Assembly (NCBI RefSeq): GCF_964204645.1
Contig: NC_134028.1
Location: forward strand, 2,418,001 to 2,482,000
Reading direction: 5' to 3'
DNA: 64,000 nucleotides
DNA from: Tubulanus polymorphus
Lineage: Eukaryota > Animalia > Nemertea
Shown piece after piece: positions 14,201-28,106 of the stretch (positions within the stretch are counted from its first letter, which is position 1; each line of letters starts with the position of its first letter). Under the pieces are notes generated by a model. The model was not told the origin of the DNA and did no database searches. It saw only the letters and a list, made by a program, of their open reading frames with translations. A program made the position numbers and the translations under genes.

Positions 14201-17200
14201 GTATCTAAAGGGTCATCGACAATTGGTTTACTTGAATTGGAATTAAATCTGAACAAGATTCTAGTTACGGCCATATAATGAACCGCGTGGTCCAGATGTC
14301 CGTTAAATCAATGATGTAACTCGAATATGGTACTAGAAGTGACATGGTCTACTGAAGAGCAAATAATGATCAAATCATTGATCATCATTAACCGTGAAAT
14401 AGGTGCAATTCATTGATTCAGAAAACCTATTGAAGATGTTGATCTATGGTATGTCCGTGAATAACGCTGGTTTTAATCGTTATAGCAAATAATCAACCAG
14501 CTTTGAGTTGAATAGGCAAGAAGTTTTACTCCGTATTATCATCGGCTGCTCTGGTAGGCAATACATGAGTCAATACAGGAAAAATAAAGTCCAATCCTCG
14601 GGTTTTGAGGGACAGTGATTGATGAGAAAATATATTTTTCATTGAGCGCCTGACCTTTTGGCGTTTCCGATGAATGTTGATTGAATGCTCAATTCAGGCT
14701 TGTACGGGCAATCGCCAATCGACTAAAACTGATAGATAGATTCAATTACGGCCAACGCAAATAGACGAAAGCCACCAGACCATGATATATAGCCATTCTG
14801 TCCCAGTTACTGCGATCATTATATGACTTCTGGTAATAACAATGAAAATATTTTGGAGATTAGTTTGAAAATACCACAACCCAGAATCTCATGCAATGAT
14901 CAGAAGATCTGTTGCCATTTATTCAAAATAGTCACTCATAAGTCATGTATTTAATGGTCGTTACAAATGCTGGAATACAAGATCTCTCGATTTCATGCTA
15001 ATGCTGAATCTGTGTCTTGTTTTTACTGCAGTTTGTCTCTGAAATGCAAATTTAATGACATTATTTTTTTGTGAAATGCTAATTCTAACGGCATGATTGT
15101 CTAATGTTCAGTTTGTAAGCCTCTTCGGCTAAAACTACATCTTTTCGGTATAAATCCCTCGATTCCATTGATGAATAAAGTGTCACCAGAAATACTGAAA
15201 ACAGCAGTAGAAATTTGGATTGATACGGAAATCCGTTGAAGTTTTTTCTTTCCGAAACGGATATAACTGATATCGAGAGACCAGAGATTTCTACGTTTGT
15301 GAAATGTGTCGAAACTCGATGACGTTGATGGCGTACGCTGTGTCCAGATCGAAACGACGTTTATAATCATCGACGATCATTCTCGTGTCAACGGCGTGAT
15401 TGAAATCATCGAGTAAATTGAAACCTGTCACTCGCTCGGTTCTCACTGATTGACGGATAAATTCCCGTTGAAATCACTTTAAATCACGACTGCTGTAGAG
15501 TTTACTGCTGTCGGTGTCACTTTCGACTTTGATGGAAACTGACTACGTCAGACGTTGGCCCCCTGATAGCAGACGCCTGTCTATCTCTATCGCAGCCGGT
15601 CGCTGCGGATAAAATTACCTATTTATGTCAAAAATTTCATTACTCGATGATTGGATTTCATCGTAATACCCTTCAGAATCCATCAGCGTTCAGAGCGATT
15701 TAGTTTGGTGTACCACCGGATGAACGCGACCCTCGTCAGCGGCGCCGGCTTAGACTATACATGTTTTATCTTCTCATGTTCAATCTATCAAACTGATGGT
15801 CAGATGATCGCTGTTCTCTGGGTTATAATTTAACAATCCCTCAGATGATAGCTCTTCAGAGAGCTGGTATCGTGTAACATATTTCCAAATGAGAAGTCGC
15901 AAATTTTGGGGAACGTTTTAAAGTCTTTATTCAAAAACTTCATCAAGTCATTGAATATGAATATGAAGATGGAATCACAGAATAATGTTTGTAATTTCAG
16001 TGACATGTTATATTGACGTGTTAGACATAGTTTTGACGGTTCATTTCATGAAATTGAGTACTTTTATGCCCTGTTCAGCCGTCTAAAACCCCTATTTTTA
16101 GCCCTATCAAGATAAGAATGTGACCCCCACCTTTCCCCGACTTTTTCAAAGGGACCACTTGACAACCTGAAATAAAGAGATTGAACCTCTAGAAAAGCAA
16201 AGACAGTTATAAGGACACTTTCTTCTTTCTAGTCTCATATATTATTGTTTCTTATCAACACTACTCACATTACACAGTATGAATATGTAATATTTTTCTG
16301 GTTTTGATTTTACTCTAAAATGACATTGATTCTGCTTAACCTTCTGCGTTATATCTGTATCCTTTATTCAGAGCGTATTTATAGATAAATCCTTGATACA
16401 GCGCTGGGGCCTCGGGCGTTTGAAGTGCGTGCAAGAGGTTAAATGAAAAACTGGAAATAAAATATTGTCGTGTGGGTGTGTGTTTGATGCGTAGGGAAGA
16501 GTTCAGCTGGTGATATTATAGCGTCGGTGACAGTTTGATCAAAAAGTATTGATAAAGAATCTGTGTGTCTATATACGGTGATTATTGATGTTCTATGCTA
16601 CTTTCATACCGATGTTTAATCAAATTTTCGATGGAAACAGGTTGTGCAGGTTTGCAACATCAGGCGAGGAATTTTGCGAAGGTTATTAATATACCATTAA
16701 ATCTGCCACAATTCAACTAGATTAAAATGTAAATTTGCAGGATTAGAATATGTAACGTAAATCACGTATTTCATTTGGGTCATAATTTTTCTCATAATCC
16801 GCGAGTCCCATAAACCAGATTTCATCGCGACTGATAGAATTTGAATACGACTATTTTGTAATCAATATTTATGGTAGGAAGAATAATAATTTAGAATCAA
16901 ATTTGACTTTTCTGCTCTAACAGCTGTGAGGAGAGAATCCCACAATGATAATAAAAAGTCCGAAAATGAAACTTCGAGATATGAGTTTATTTCAACGTTT
17001 CGACTATATCCTAATAGTCATCTTAAGGAATAATCAACACGGATATAGTGTTCTACCAATCGTGATCTAACAGCTGTCTGTGCTGCTGTATAGCCGCATT
17101 CGCACTATCACTAGAGTTAGAGTACAAAAATGGGTCCTTACCTGGAACTGGCCAAATTTGGAATAGACTTTTTGCGTGTGTGACTTGTCTAAATACCACA

Positions 17201-20200
17201 GTGTTACGATGTAATTGTTTTCATGTTTTTCCCCGTTTGTACAAATTGATTTCACGAATTTGATATCACAATTTTACTGATCACTTGTTTGTAATATGAT
17301 TACCGACGGAGGGTCTGGTTTCATTAAGGGTGTGTCTCGTTTTCAGGCGTTATTAGAATCGTTAGATTTTCTATTAACGAATAATCAATCATTAACTAAA
17401 AATAGATATAATTCATGCAGAATATTCATGTTCTGGAACAATCATTTCATCATCGGATGTTGTTTTCATTTCATGAAATCCGTGATGAAGTTAATTGCGT
17501 TTAATTGAATATTCTCTTCCGAGTTTCGTTAAAATGTAAATGCGAATATCGATTACGTATTGTTGTTTCAGTATTTCTCCCGACGCGGCGCGCGGAGAAA
17601 TTGTTAATGATTTCGTAAGCAGCTTTCACGTCTTCATCATTTATTTATATCAGTTCGGTTGGATTGATTACTTTAAGAGGGATATTGATGTCACTCTAAG
17701 GGACGCTAATATTCCACTATGTTACAATTCGCCGATCGACTCGACTCGGGTACGAAACACTAACGCTCGATCATTGTGTCGTTTCGATTAATTTTTAGCG
17801 AGCGAAACAAAAAGAAAACCGTTCCCTGAAGAATAGAAATCGGCGAAGAATTTGTGAGACGATGAAACGAATCATTCCGTATTTGAAAAATACGAACGCC
17901 GGTGATTTGATTAAATCATTTTCATTTGTTGCTTCTATTCCTGGAAAAACCAAATCTTCAATCATCAGACGTAGTATCAGTGATTGCGGATGAAATGGTG
18001 AAATTATTCTTTTTACCACAAAAACACCTGTGGGTGGACGAGTACTGCCGATGATGCATTTTGCGCCGTAGTAATTGGAAATATTTTCTTTGATGAGAGC
18101 TCGACGAGTAATCACTCAAATGTCTCGGATAACTTTCCTCTTGAAGTACGCTCTAACTCATTTTTGCCTGGCTTTTCATTTCTGAGAGCCTCAAGTATGT
18201 TGTTTGATGATTTCGCCAGTCTTCAGGTAGATCAGCCATTAAAGTTTCGTATATCAATGACGTGTTCAAAAAGCTTTTCCGATGGGTTTTGTTGTTCATT
18301 TTTGTTCACTGATTGAATGACTATCAATCTCTCCCTTTGGCTTCTCTGTGCTATGAAATTGGCTTTGTCAGATGTTCGTGTAACGCCGCGATATTGAGCC
18401 CCGTCGGACGAAGAATCGGGATTCAGTTATGTTCTATTATGAAATGCCAGATTCAGTAAAACGACCGGTGAAATATCAGATATTCTCAATCATAGCTGAA
18501 TGTGGGAAAAACGTGGTACGGAGCTCTTATCGCGTGGTCATGATTTTGTGTTCTTTACAAATCCATGAAATGTTTTCTTATTATTTATGGTTTTTACGCG
18601 TATAGCGTCTAGAGCTGTTAACATCGTGGTGACTGTTTTCATTATTGCCATCGGTAGAAGAAATTTATGCGAAAACCTTTACGCGATTTTCCTCACTGAA
18701 TTTGAATCGATTAACCCTCATATTATCTGGACTAATCTTTCTTCCCAAAAATGGCTTCTGTTAATATTTAGATAAAATCTCCCTATACCTTCAGATCTTT
18801 ACGTAAAGCGAGAATGGTAATCTTTCATTTTTGGTTACATTAGCTATCCCAATTTCTCCATGAAAAGTGTCTCATTTATTATACACATTGATTCTGTTGA
18901 GTATTTGTTGAGTAACAAATAAGAAAGTTTCTACCCGGAGGAGTGTCTTAGCCGTTAAGGATTGATGTATTTTATAATTGAACACATCAATCATCATTAG
19001 TTTTCTACTGAAGTTCGTTTACCTGAAAAGTGTGTATTCAATCTGCATCCTTGTTCAATCTTCGATGAGTTAATATTTGCATAATATCGTAGTAACAGTC
19101 GTTGAATGAATTTCTCTCGTTTGGAAAATCATTTCTGAAGCTTTTCTCGTCACCGAAACTATTTCATAACATGTCTGGCGAAGTTTGTTTGATCACCGGT
19201 GTCACTGAGGAAGTGGTTATGGCGGTGGATGCCGAGGAGGTGGTTATGGCGGTGGATGCTGTTATTCTTGTTAAATTCCCGAATATTTGCAATTTGTTGT
19301 CGAGATACGATTTGTTTGCCCGCGGAGGTAATAATTCTAAATCGAGCCAACGATAAAACGTCACCTTTAATTTCGGTATTGAGGGGAGTTGGTGACAGCT
19401 AGACAAATATGTAAATATGCGTTAACCTGCGGGGATAATTAGCCGATAATTTAGTCATTACATGCCTGAAAGATTCTCCACGGTGGCTTCACCTTCCTCA
19501 TGGCTGTTTACTCGATACACTGTACAGGTTTATGTATGCGAGATTTATCCATCAAGTTATGCAACAGTCACTGCTCCATTCACTAGGAGAGTTGCGTAGG
19601 AGTCGTGTTAACCTGTTGTCGAATCAGTAAACATAAAGACAAAAAGTACTTTGTAGGTTAACTTGATTTTATTAAAAGTACAAGCTTTTGCTACTTGAGT
19701 ATAAAAGCTAATAGATACTAGCGAAAGCTCGGACTTGTGGTAAAATCAAGTCAACCTTCAAAGTACTATTTATCTTTACATTTACTGCTCCATCCAAAAT
19801 TTCTTTAGAGATGAATTGAGGATTGGTATGACCCCAAATACTTTTAAATCATTTCTCATTCTTGGCTTTTTTCTTTCCAGGTCGAGGGAATTCTGCTTTT
19901 GAAACTGCTGACTCAATCCTTGGTGCGACTAATTATATTCACATGTTAAGCAGGTCGAGGGTGCGACTGGCATGGTCCACTCATTACGTAGGTGACTTGC
20001 GGTAAGTCATGAATATAATAATTGAATTGGAGAATTAATTTGGATGTGGCGACATTTCAATTTTTCAGTTGATATCATGAAGTTAAGTGGTAACGAATGA
20101 TTTGGAAGATAATGGATGAATATTTTTTTCTCATTATTAATTTTAACAAATACTTCAGTCATCAATAGAATTGATTCACATGAAGCTCCTACGCAGCAGT

Positions 20201-23200
20201 GGTTTCTATATCGACAAAAAAAAAAACAAACGGTGGTCGGTGCTTGTTGGTGGTGTAAACTGAACCGTACTGAAATCGGATAAATCCGTATGAATTTGTG
20301 CCAGTGACAGTTTTATGTCGCGCAAATGATACGATTTGCGTCACTCGTACGCACTGGTCATGCATCGTAGGCTTATTCCGATGAATTGCTATATTTCCCT
20401 CGAACGAATGTTGTTGGCAAGAAGATGGCAAATCAGTTGCACGGCATTGCCGTGTACACGAGACACCAGCAAATCACCAGTAATCACTGACGATGATGAG
20501 ATGAGTCCCCGAGGTTGGTTCTCCAGTCGTGTTACGCGGTTACTCTGTTCTCTATGAATTATGCAAGTCTTACACGGCATGACCCTGGAGAGAAATTTGC
20601 GTTATCACACCTTTATGAGACGTAATTGTGGTTTATTTCTCACCGCAATCATTTCTGAATGGTGAAATTGGACGATGTATCTTCGATCGGGGAGGACGGG
20701 GTCGCTGTAAGGATTGAGCCCAAACTAGGAACAGTTTTCAGTCTGAAAATCTATGAGGGAGTTCCCAGCATTTAACCATGGATAAACTTAGGTCCTGCAG
20801 TGGTAGTTCCATGTCTCGACTAAATTAGCATGAAACAGACTACTTTATCTTATTCACGAATGTAGATCTGCTTCATCGGTGAATGATGATTCAGTGAGGA
20901 AGAAAGACCTGATTTAAAGACATCCATCGCATAGAAAAAACCTTCAGGAGAATGCGTACCCATTTGTTTGCATAGCGAGCCTACCGGTTTATCATATTCT
21001 CTACGATTTCTGCCCACGTACGAAGGATCAGCTTTCATTGCAAAATCAATGAACTACGAGGAAAATGATGCGATGTGCCTACGTGCCTAAACGTAGTCCT
21101 GTATGCATCATTTCATTTCGTGAAGGAAATTACATGTGAATAATTAACAGTTCGCTGCAGTTTATGTTTATTAATCATCGTACATGTACCTCCTTGAACT
21201 CGACAACGTTTCGTTCAAAATCACTTCAACCGCATTTCTAAAACTCTTCTATCTTGTCATTAGTCGTAGTATTTTATATTTGCAGGGCCGTGAATAATGG
21301 ACTACTCGATACGTATCAACTCAAGTCATTAGACGGTATTTTAGAGGCTCCCGTCGAAGATCTCGTTGTTTTCAAGCACAAAGACGGTTATTTATACGTG
21401 ACGGATGTGAATATCGGCACTGAATCGATATCAAAATTCGACAACAACCCTCTGCGTGACCATTACGACGTTATAGTACGTTGTCTGGGCTTCCAATTCG
21501 ATAAAAGTATATTCAGCAAGTAAGTAAATTGACGGTTGAGTAGCGGCCGATCGATAAATATACAGCTGCAACGCGATGTGTATCTCTGGGCTGACAAATT
21601 TGATAGTTTAATCTTGACGTTCGTACCCGCGATCGCAATTAAAAACGCATCTTTTATCGGCGTACGAGTGCTCTCCGCAGTTGTGAGATGTCATTTATTG
21701 CGAGATTGTCTCATGGCATAACGATTTCTAGTCATGATAAACTGCAGTGACTTAAGATGGTTTTTCTTTTGGATCTTTCTTCTGATAACGAAAATATTCC
21801 CTGTTCTAATCAAAGAGAGAGAGGGAGAATGTTGTACTTCAATTCTAGCTTATGTCACTTTGGACTAGCTTAAAGGTATTTTCTATTTTCTCATTCCAGC
21901 CAAACGAAGTTTTCATTGGGAAAAGGCAAACTGAAGAAGTATCCAGCGATGAAACCAAATTTTGAATCGGTCAACATACCAAACGTCTTCATAGCCGGGA
22001 CCATATCGCATGGTCTTGATCACCGTAAATCAGCCGGAGGTTTTATCCACGGTTTCCGTTACACAGGTAATTCTAGCCGGATGCTCGTAATACTGTAATG
22101 GTCTGTGAGGAGTTGAGTAGTGGCCTTTTTAGAAGCTTTACTACCTCAGCAAATAGATACGTGCAAGGGCGTTTGATATTCATGTTTCAATATTCTATAC
22201 GTACTAGAGTAAAACTTGTGGAAAGCGCGGGTATTTTTCTATAGCCCAGGGGCCAGTTGCTCAAAGGTTGGTTAGAGCTAACCAGTGGATAGTTGATATG
22301 GTGACAATTGAAATTTCATTGTTACTATGGTATTTAATGGCCGGTTATCTTTAACCAAACTTTGAGCAACTGGCCCCAGATCTTATAAATCTTCAATTCA
22401 TCGGCTATAGAATTTAGTAGCGCCATTTCAGAATGTAAAGGAATTATGTGGTATATGCCTATGCCTGTGGGGGCCATATTGTATCTCGCAATTCAGAAAA
22501 CCCGTGCCCAAATTGATATTCATGTTTATATATTCTACACGGATGTAGCTAGAAATTTCGAAATAACACAGCGTAATGTATTAAGCGTGCTGAAAGTGTT
22601 TCTTCGGAGGCCATTTTTCATATTAAATCGATTTTGCGCGATTTAAAACTGTACACTACACACGAGGTCTACAACAACATACGAAGCTCGATTAATTTGT
22701 TAATCGCCGGAAATCTCGGGAGTATTTCTCCCACCGGACCCGTATTGCAGTCGATTCACTAATGAAATCGCTGCGTATGACAATATCGCGGTGTATAGTG
22801 ACCGTAGCCGTTACTTGTATCAACTGAACGCTAGTCGTCGACGGCCGCTAGCTATTATTTTCATATGATGACAAACGGAGACGCTCGAACAAGGCAGGTT
22901 ATATGATGGATGAAATGGCGCGGTAATCGTTTCTTCGGTTTATTTGAGTTCATGTCTGCTGAGGAAAAACACGCGTCGTTGCGTACGCGTACATTAGACG
23001 CCTCTCGAAGTAAACGTCGATGACAACAGGTTATTAGCGAAGCTATTATCATCGTGTAATGTATACTTTTGATTGCCTCGTTTTATGTCCACCTATGTGT
23101 CCCTCTCCTCCTTCGAAACGGGGTAAATGAACGCGTGAACAACGCCTTATAAGACCAGTACAAATATTATCATTTCATAAAGAAAACTGTTATATCCCTT

Positions 23201-26200
23201 CTGACTTATCACTTTTTCCGAAAGCAGACTGATTGTTTATAACAGTTAAGCATTAATAGAGCTAGATGCAATGATGATTCCATGCAGTGCTTCTCCCCAA
23301 AGCGAACCTTGTCATCGGATATATAGAAAATCATAATGTTATGAATAGTTTTATGATCTTTACAGTATATGATAATGTCTTGTTTGAGACCCCGATGAAT
23401 TTCTCTAATAATCATAAAATAAGAAGGCGTAATTGCCTCGTGGGTGTGAAGACATAGCTATCAATTGTGCGATGAATATATATACCACTCATCTAGATAG
23501 GTTTCATAATCACTGCTCCATTAACTGATTACATGTAGTTTCTATCCTGGTGGTTTTTTCCTATAAATAATTACGTCTCACTTGCTCGTTTGTGATGTGG
23601 CTCGGATATGGAATCAATATGAAGTAGTGCGTTAAGTTGTCTTACTTTGCCATTTGTGAGTAGTTGAGCGAAGATGTTAGTGACAAGACTCTCAGATTGT
23701 TGTTCGGAAGCACTTATGGTCTTTAATGTACAATTTATTACTTTGTATCAGTTATAGTTGGTTGAGAGTCTGTTCGAAACTAGATCGAAATTGTCCTCTG
23801 AATGATTACCTACTTCTGAACATCTTCCTTTTCCGGATGACTTACTGATTTTAGTTCATTAATTGCACCTTTTTATGCACAAAATGATTATCATTTAAAT
23901 TTTCATTCCTAAAAGCCATGATTAACATGATTTAAACTCGAATATTCCTTCATTTACAGCCAGAACGTTGTTCCATATCCTAGAGTGGAAGAATCATCAG
24001 GTTCCATGGCCGTCTGTGACTGGACAACAGTTCGATCTGCTGAACTACGTCATCAAAAGGATAAATGAAGCTTCAGGGATTTATCAAATGTTCCAAATGC
24101 TCGCAGACGTTATTATATTGAAGGAGTGAGTATTGTCAGCAGTTCAATTAAATTATTATTTTATTGATCTTGGAATTTTGTAAAAAGCTAAGGATCAGGT
24201 AAAAGTCCAGGAAATTTGTTGAGATGTCTAGATTGCATCAATGTCTTGGCGTATTTGACTGCGTTAATTGATTGGATTCTTAGCGGGCCTAGTCAAGTAA
24301 AATAGCGTACATGTCAGGGAATAGTCAGGGGAAAAGTAAGTCAAATAAAGCGGCCAACCTTGTCATGGCCCTAGAGATTTACGTTTTTAGGAATATGGTG
24401 TATAAATTTGATGATTTTGAGAATGATTTCAGTGTTCTCATATTCTGACATGTTCATATTTACAATTTCTATTCATACTAATTACTTTTCAATCACATTC
24501 GGCCAAAACTACGTTGTCAGTGTCAGTTCACTTCTTTCAAATAGAGGTCTAATTTGCGAATGCGTTCTGACGTCAGACGGATATTCCAAGTTGCTGAGAG
24601 ACGATGATTCATGATGATTTCCATCCAATGATGGATTATATGTTCGCTGTAATTGTGTACAACATCCTTACTACCTACCATTGTTTTACTGTTAGTCGTC
24701 ACTTTAGTTCTAATCAGGGAAGTGTAATAGGCAGTGATAGGCTTCATTAGAAACAGGGAGGTGTAATGACACTTCCCTGTTCTAATGAAACCTATCACTG
24801 CCTATTACATACATACACCATAATAATACAGTATTTCATGATGAAATTATATTTAGCTTGTTGATCAAGCCGCTCATTCCAATGTATGTATCGTTAGGTT
24901 TTGTGACTATTGCGTTAATGAGATATTATTGGATTAGTCTACATTCACTGAATCGAAGCAATTTGTTGCCGCTACGACTGTTTATATATAACGACTAACG
25001 ATGCGTGAAACAATGAACACATTTAATCTCCATTATCCATAGTTACAGTAGGAAGCCGCTGGGAGGCAATTGCTATTTGGAAGAAATGAAATAGAAAACT
25101 TAAGCAGTTACGTTGCAATTATGGACTCTTGTTTATAGGGTGTCCCTGGTAGAAGTTATGTAGATAGGCGAGGTGCGTTTAGTAAGCGGAAAACATGCAG
25201 AATTTTAAGATGGATTCATGAAATTTATGTGTCTGTAAAAACCGTCAGTATTAAGAGTATAAATGTAAACTGTAGATGAGCATCAGTTTGTATGAATAAA
25301 ACTTGTTGAATTGTTTATTTGAATAGATCTACATGTTCATAGCATAAACTTCACCTATAACTACATGTATTAGGTTTTTCTTTTGCCATTTTCTTTGTAT
25401 GATACTCTTGCTCAGCAAATACTATTGGACCATGAAAATTGTTCCTGCATACATACAATCCAAAACAAAGAGGCTTTTAGGATATAGTCGAAACATAGAA
25501 ACTAAGCTCATGGAAACATTTTTGGACTTTATTTCTCTTCATTATTGTGGATTCTTTGTAAACTATCATCACAACATGGATATCGTGTCTTATCAATCGT
25601 GATCAGTTTCAGAATATATCCGAGTTGAAAGATTATTATTCATCCAAGTCAATCCGATGTCGAGCAGATTCTACTGCATATAATTAATTCACAACGAATG
25701 TTTTAGAATTAAGTGCAAATATTTCAGGGTGACGTGGAACCTTCCCCTTCAAACAGCTGTGTTTAATTAATGATTTTCAGTAGGCTTATATGGGTATTTT
25801 CAATTCATCCTTCGTCATGAATATTTCAATTTCGGAATTAAATCACATACAAGTGATTTATACATGCTCAATTGTTTATGCATTGTGTTGTGGATGTAGA
25901 ACTCTCATATTCTCATTTGCTGACGATATAAAACTCTCTCATTTTTCTTGACAAAGTTATTGAATAAGTCATGAAGTGTCAGTTGTGCGCGTGGAGAGGA
26001 TTTTTTACAACGCACGTGTAGCACCTATGCACCCACAATAGAAATACGTCGATAATAACTACTTAAAAACATACCTAAAAACCATAGTATTTTTTCATCC
26101 ATTTTGAAAGACTGAAAACCATGTTGTTTTATCGATTGACTAAAGAGAATCCATAAAACCAACTCCTCAGTTCAACTCAATCGATTACTAACTAATTTGA

Positions 26201-27217
26201 AGGTACCCTACGGTTTAAGTCATAACAGTTTCGCAAAACAGTCCATAATTGAATGATGACCTTTTTAAGATGTTACTTGATATTAGTCATTAGACTTATG
26301 AACTTTTTTGTTCATCTTACTCAAGAAGTATATTTTGTTCATCTTTGCAGCGACAACCAGTTTGTATACCTTGAAGAGTATCCTTTAGAACTGGTTCCGT
26401 CTATACCGAATGTGACGGGCCACGACGCCGAACAAGTGATCGTCGTCGTGATGGAATATGGAAAGAATTTCTCCGGCCCGGGAAAAGACGTTTTCAAACA
26501 GGATCGAGCAATCGGTGACCCACATCGCAGCTTCCAGTCTAATTTCCTCCATCCAGTTTTTTATTACTACAAAACATTACCCACAGGTTGGTGAATGTAT
26601 ATCCATACTTGAATTGAATCTATATGTATGATGTTGTATACCTCACTTCACTATTCACTTCATGAGTTCCAATTCCTTAAAAAGGCTATGTTATTAAGGG
26701 CGTTGCCCTGAATTTCAAAAGTGGCGTCAATTTTTCCATCAATATATCCGGAAATTGAGTGTTCACCGTTGGATATTTTGACAGATGATAGTTAACAGTT
26801 GAGAGGCTGTTATTATATAGAAATGTAGTTTGATTTTTATCTATTTACTGATTTAACATACCATGAACTTTTTGCTTTACAGAAGAAGATATGAAAAATC
26901 GTGCTAAAAAACAAACACTGCCAACACCGGACCGAGAGCATCATATTCTAGAAGACTTTTTAACCAAGTGGACCGGACAAGAAGAACATCTCGTACCGTT
27001 GCGACGTTTCTTCGAGTACGCCATGAACACCGACTTGCGAGAATTTTTCGGCGAATCCTGCATGACATTGTTGATGACCGGCGAAAATCTACCGGCAGGC
27101 TGCATGCCGTATATTCGCGGAAATGGTCTTATCGGCGAGTCAGAAGAAGTAACATTCGCCAAGAATGCCGGCATGTTGACGAATTTCGTATTGAAACTAC
27201 CTGAATTTTTCGGATAA
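8284..27217 (+). CDS. FOXRED2: FAD-dependent oxidoreductase domain-containing protein 2 (ERFAD), 5'-partial; exons 8284-8614, 13409-13539, 19881-20001, 21286-21519, 21900-22066, 23960-24125, 26351-26586, 26883-27217
   Basis: Eight GT-AG bounded exons with compatible phases join into ~570 codons. Motifs recognised as FOXRED2-like: [106 protein letters not shown]. The exon with the signal peptide and GxGxxG FAD motif was not found in 1-8283. Confidence 0.93.
8658..8943. mobile_element. piggyBac-like MITE (286 bp)
   Basis: TTAA on both flanks, TIR CCCTTTCAGTGC ... GCACTGAAAGGG, and internal inverted motifs TACACCGCGGTGCGGTGTA. Confidence 0.85.
10971..11151. repeat. (GACT)n-based micro/minisatellite
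   Basis: GACTGACTGAT 11-bp units and GACT runs. Confidence 0.9.
12154..12390. repeat. ~15-bp GC-rich minisatellite
   Basis: Degenerate copies of GCTGGAGCGCAGT(C/G)G. Confidence 0.9.
19625..19787. repeat. Foldback inverted-repeat element
   Basis: ~60-bp imperfect arms TAAAGACAAAAAGTACTTTGTAGGTTAACTTGATTTTA / TAAAATCAAGTCAACCTTCAAAGTACTATTTATCTTTA. Confidence 0.75.
22250..22376. mobile_element. PIF/Harbinger-like MITE
   Basis: TIR GGGCCAGTTGCTCAAAG ... CTTTGAGCAACTGGCCC flanked by a CAG duplication; a decayed relative lies at ~48433-48528. Confidence 0.8.
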
Positions 27218-28089
27218 AAACCACACGCAAAAAGTCCATCCCGCTGAAAACGCTGCACCGAAATGTTCATTCAACTGAAATATAATTCATGAAAATTAGA
27301 AGCTATATCAGTATTATTACTAGAAATCAAAAGGATTTTATTGACTTGATACACAATATTTATGTAAGCTAGGAATTAATGAATAGTTTAAGCGTGAATT
27401 GCTTTTAAAACGAGAAGAGCTTTTGTGCTCACAGCTGTTTGTCAATTGTGAAGTTATTTATGGGGTAATTAGTGACTTTTATTGACGATTCCTCGCGGGT
27501 TAATCCCATATTTATCATACACATTTGTAAATCAGTTTGATGCTTATTCATGAATGTATTCATGAATTTATTAGTGATGTCCTCTCGGCTGAGACACTAA
27601 TCAGTACATATTTTCCTAGCTTTGATAATTTTAACTGGTACCAATTTCCCCAATATCACTCACAAGTAGAGGAATCTGTTTTAATTTGTGCTTGTATTAG
27701 TGGGCCATTAGTGGTTGATGTATATTTGTGGGCAACCTGACTAAAACCTGTGATATTAAGTAGCTACTGTTTGACGGCGCTTCATTTCCGGTTCAATCTC
27801 CTTTCATAGATAAAACATAACATTGTGAATGATATACCCGTACAGAGAAATGAAGTTTGATGTATTTCTTGCATTATATATGTGAGGTGGCTGGGTTGAA
27901 CTGATAGACACCTACTGTGATTCGTTCTGCTGTTTGACCCCTGGTATATGTTCGTGGGGATTTCTTAGGAGAAGTTTACAACCGCATTTCTGGGGGTCTT
28001 GGTTTCTCCTGAGAAAATCAATATGTTAACTGTAATTGGAAGAATAACTAAGAAAATCTGTTGCGGCGAGCAATAGTTTTTATATGTAG

Positions 28090-28106
28090 TCACTAGATGG
28101 CGCCAC
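28090..28106 (+). promoter_or_regulatory. Candidate CTCF site between FOXRED2 and FAM149B1
   Basis: TCACTAGATGGCGCCA closely matches the CTCF core consensus; motif match only. Confidence 0.35.

Noticed and set aside
19102-19406. Overlapping ORFs around a 27-bp tandem duplication
   Set aside because: No recognisable protein or consistent splice pair.
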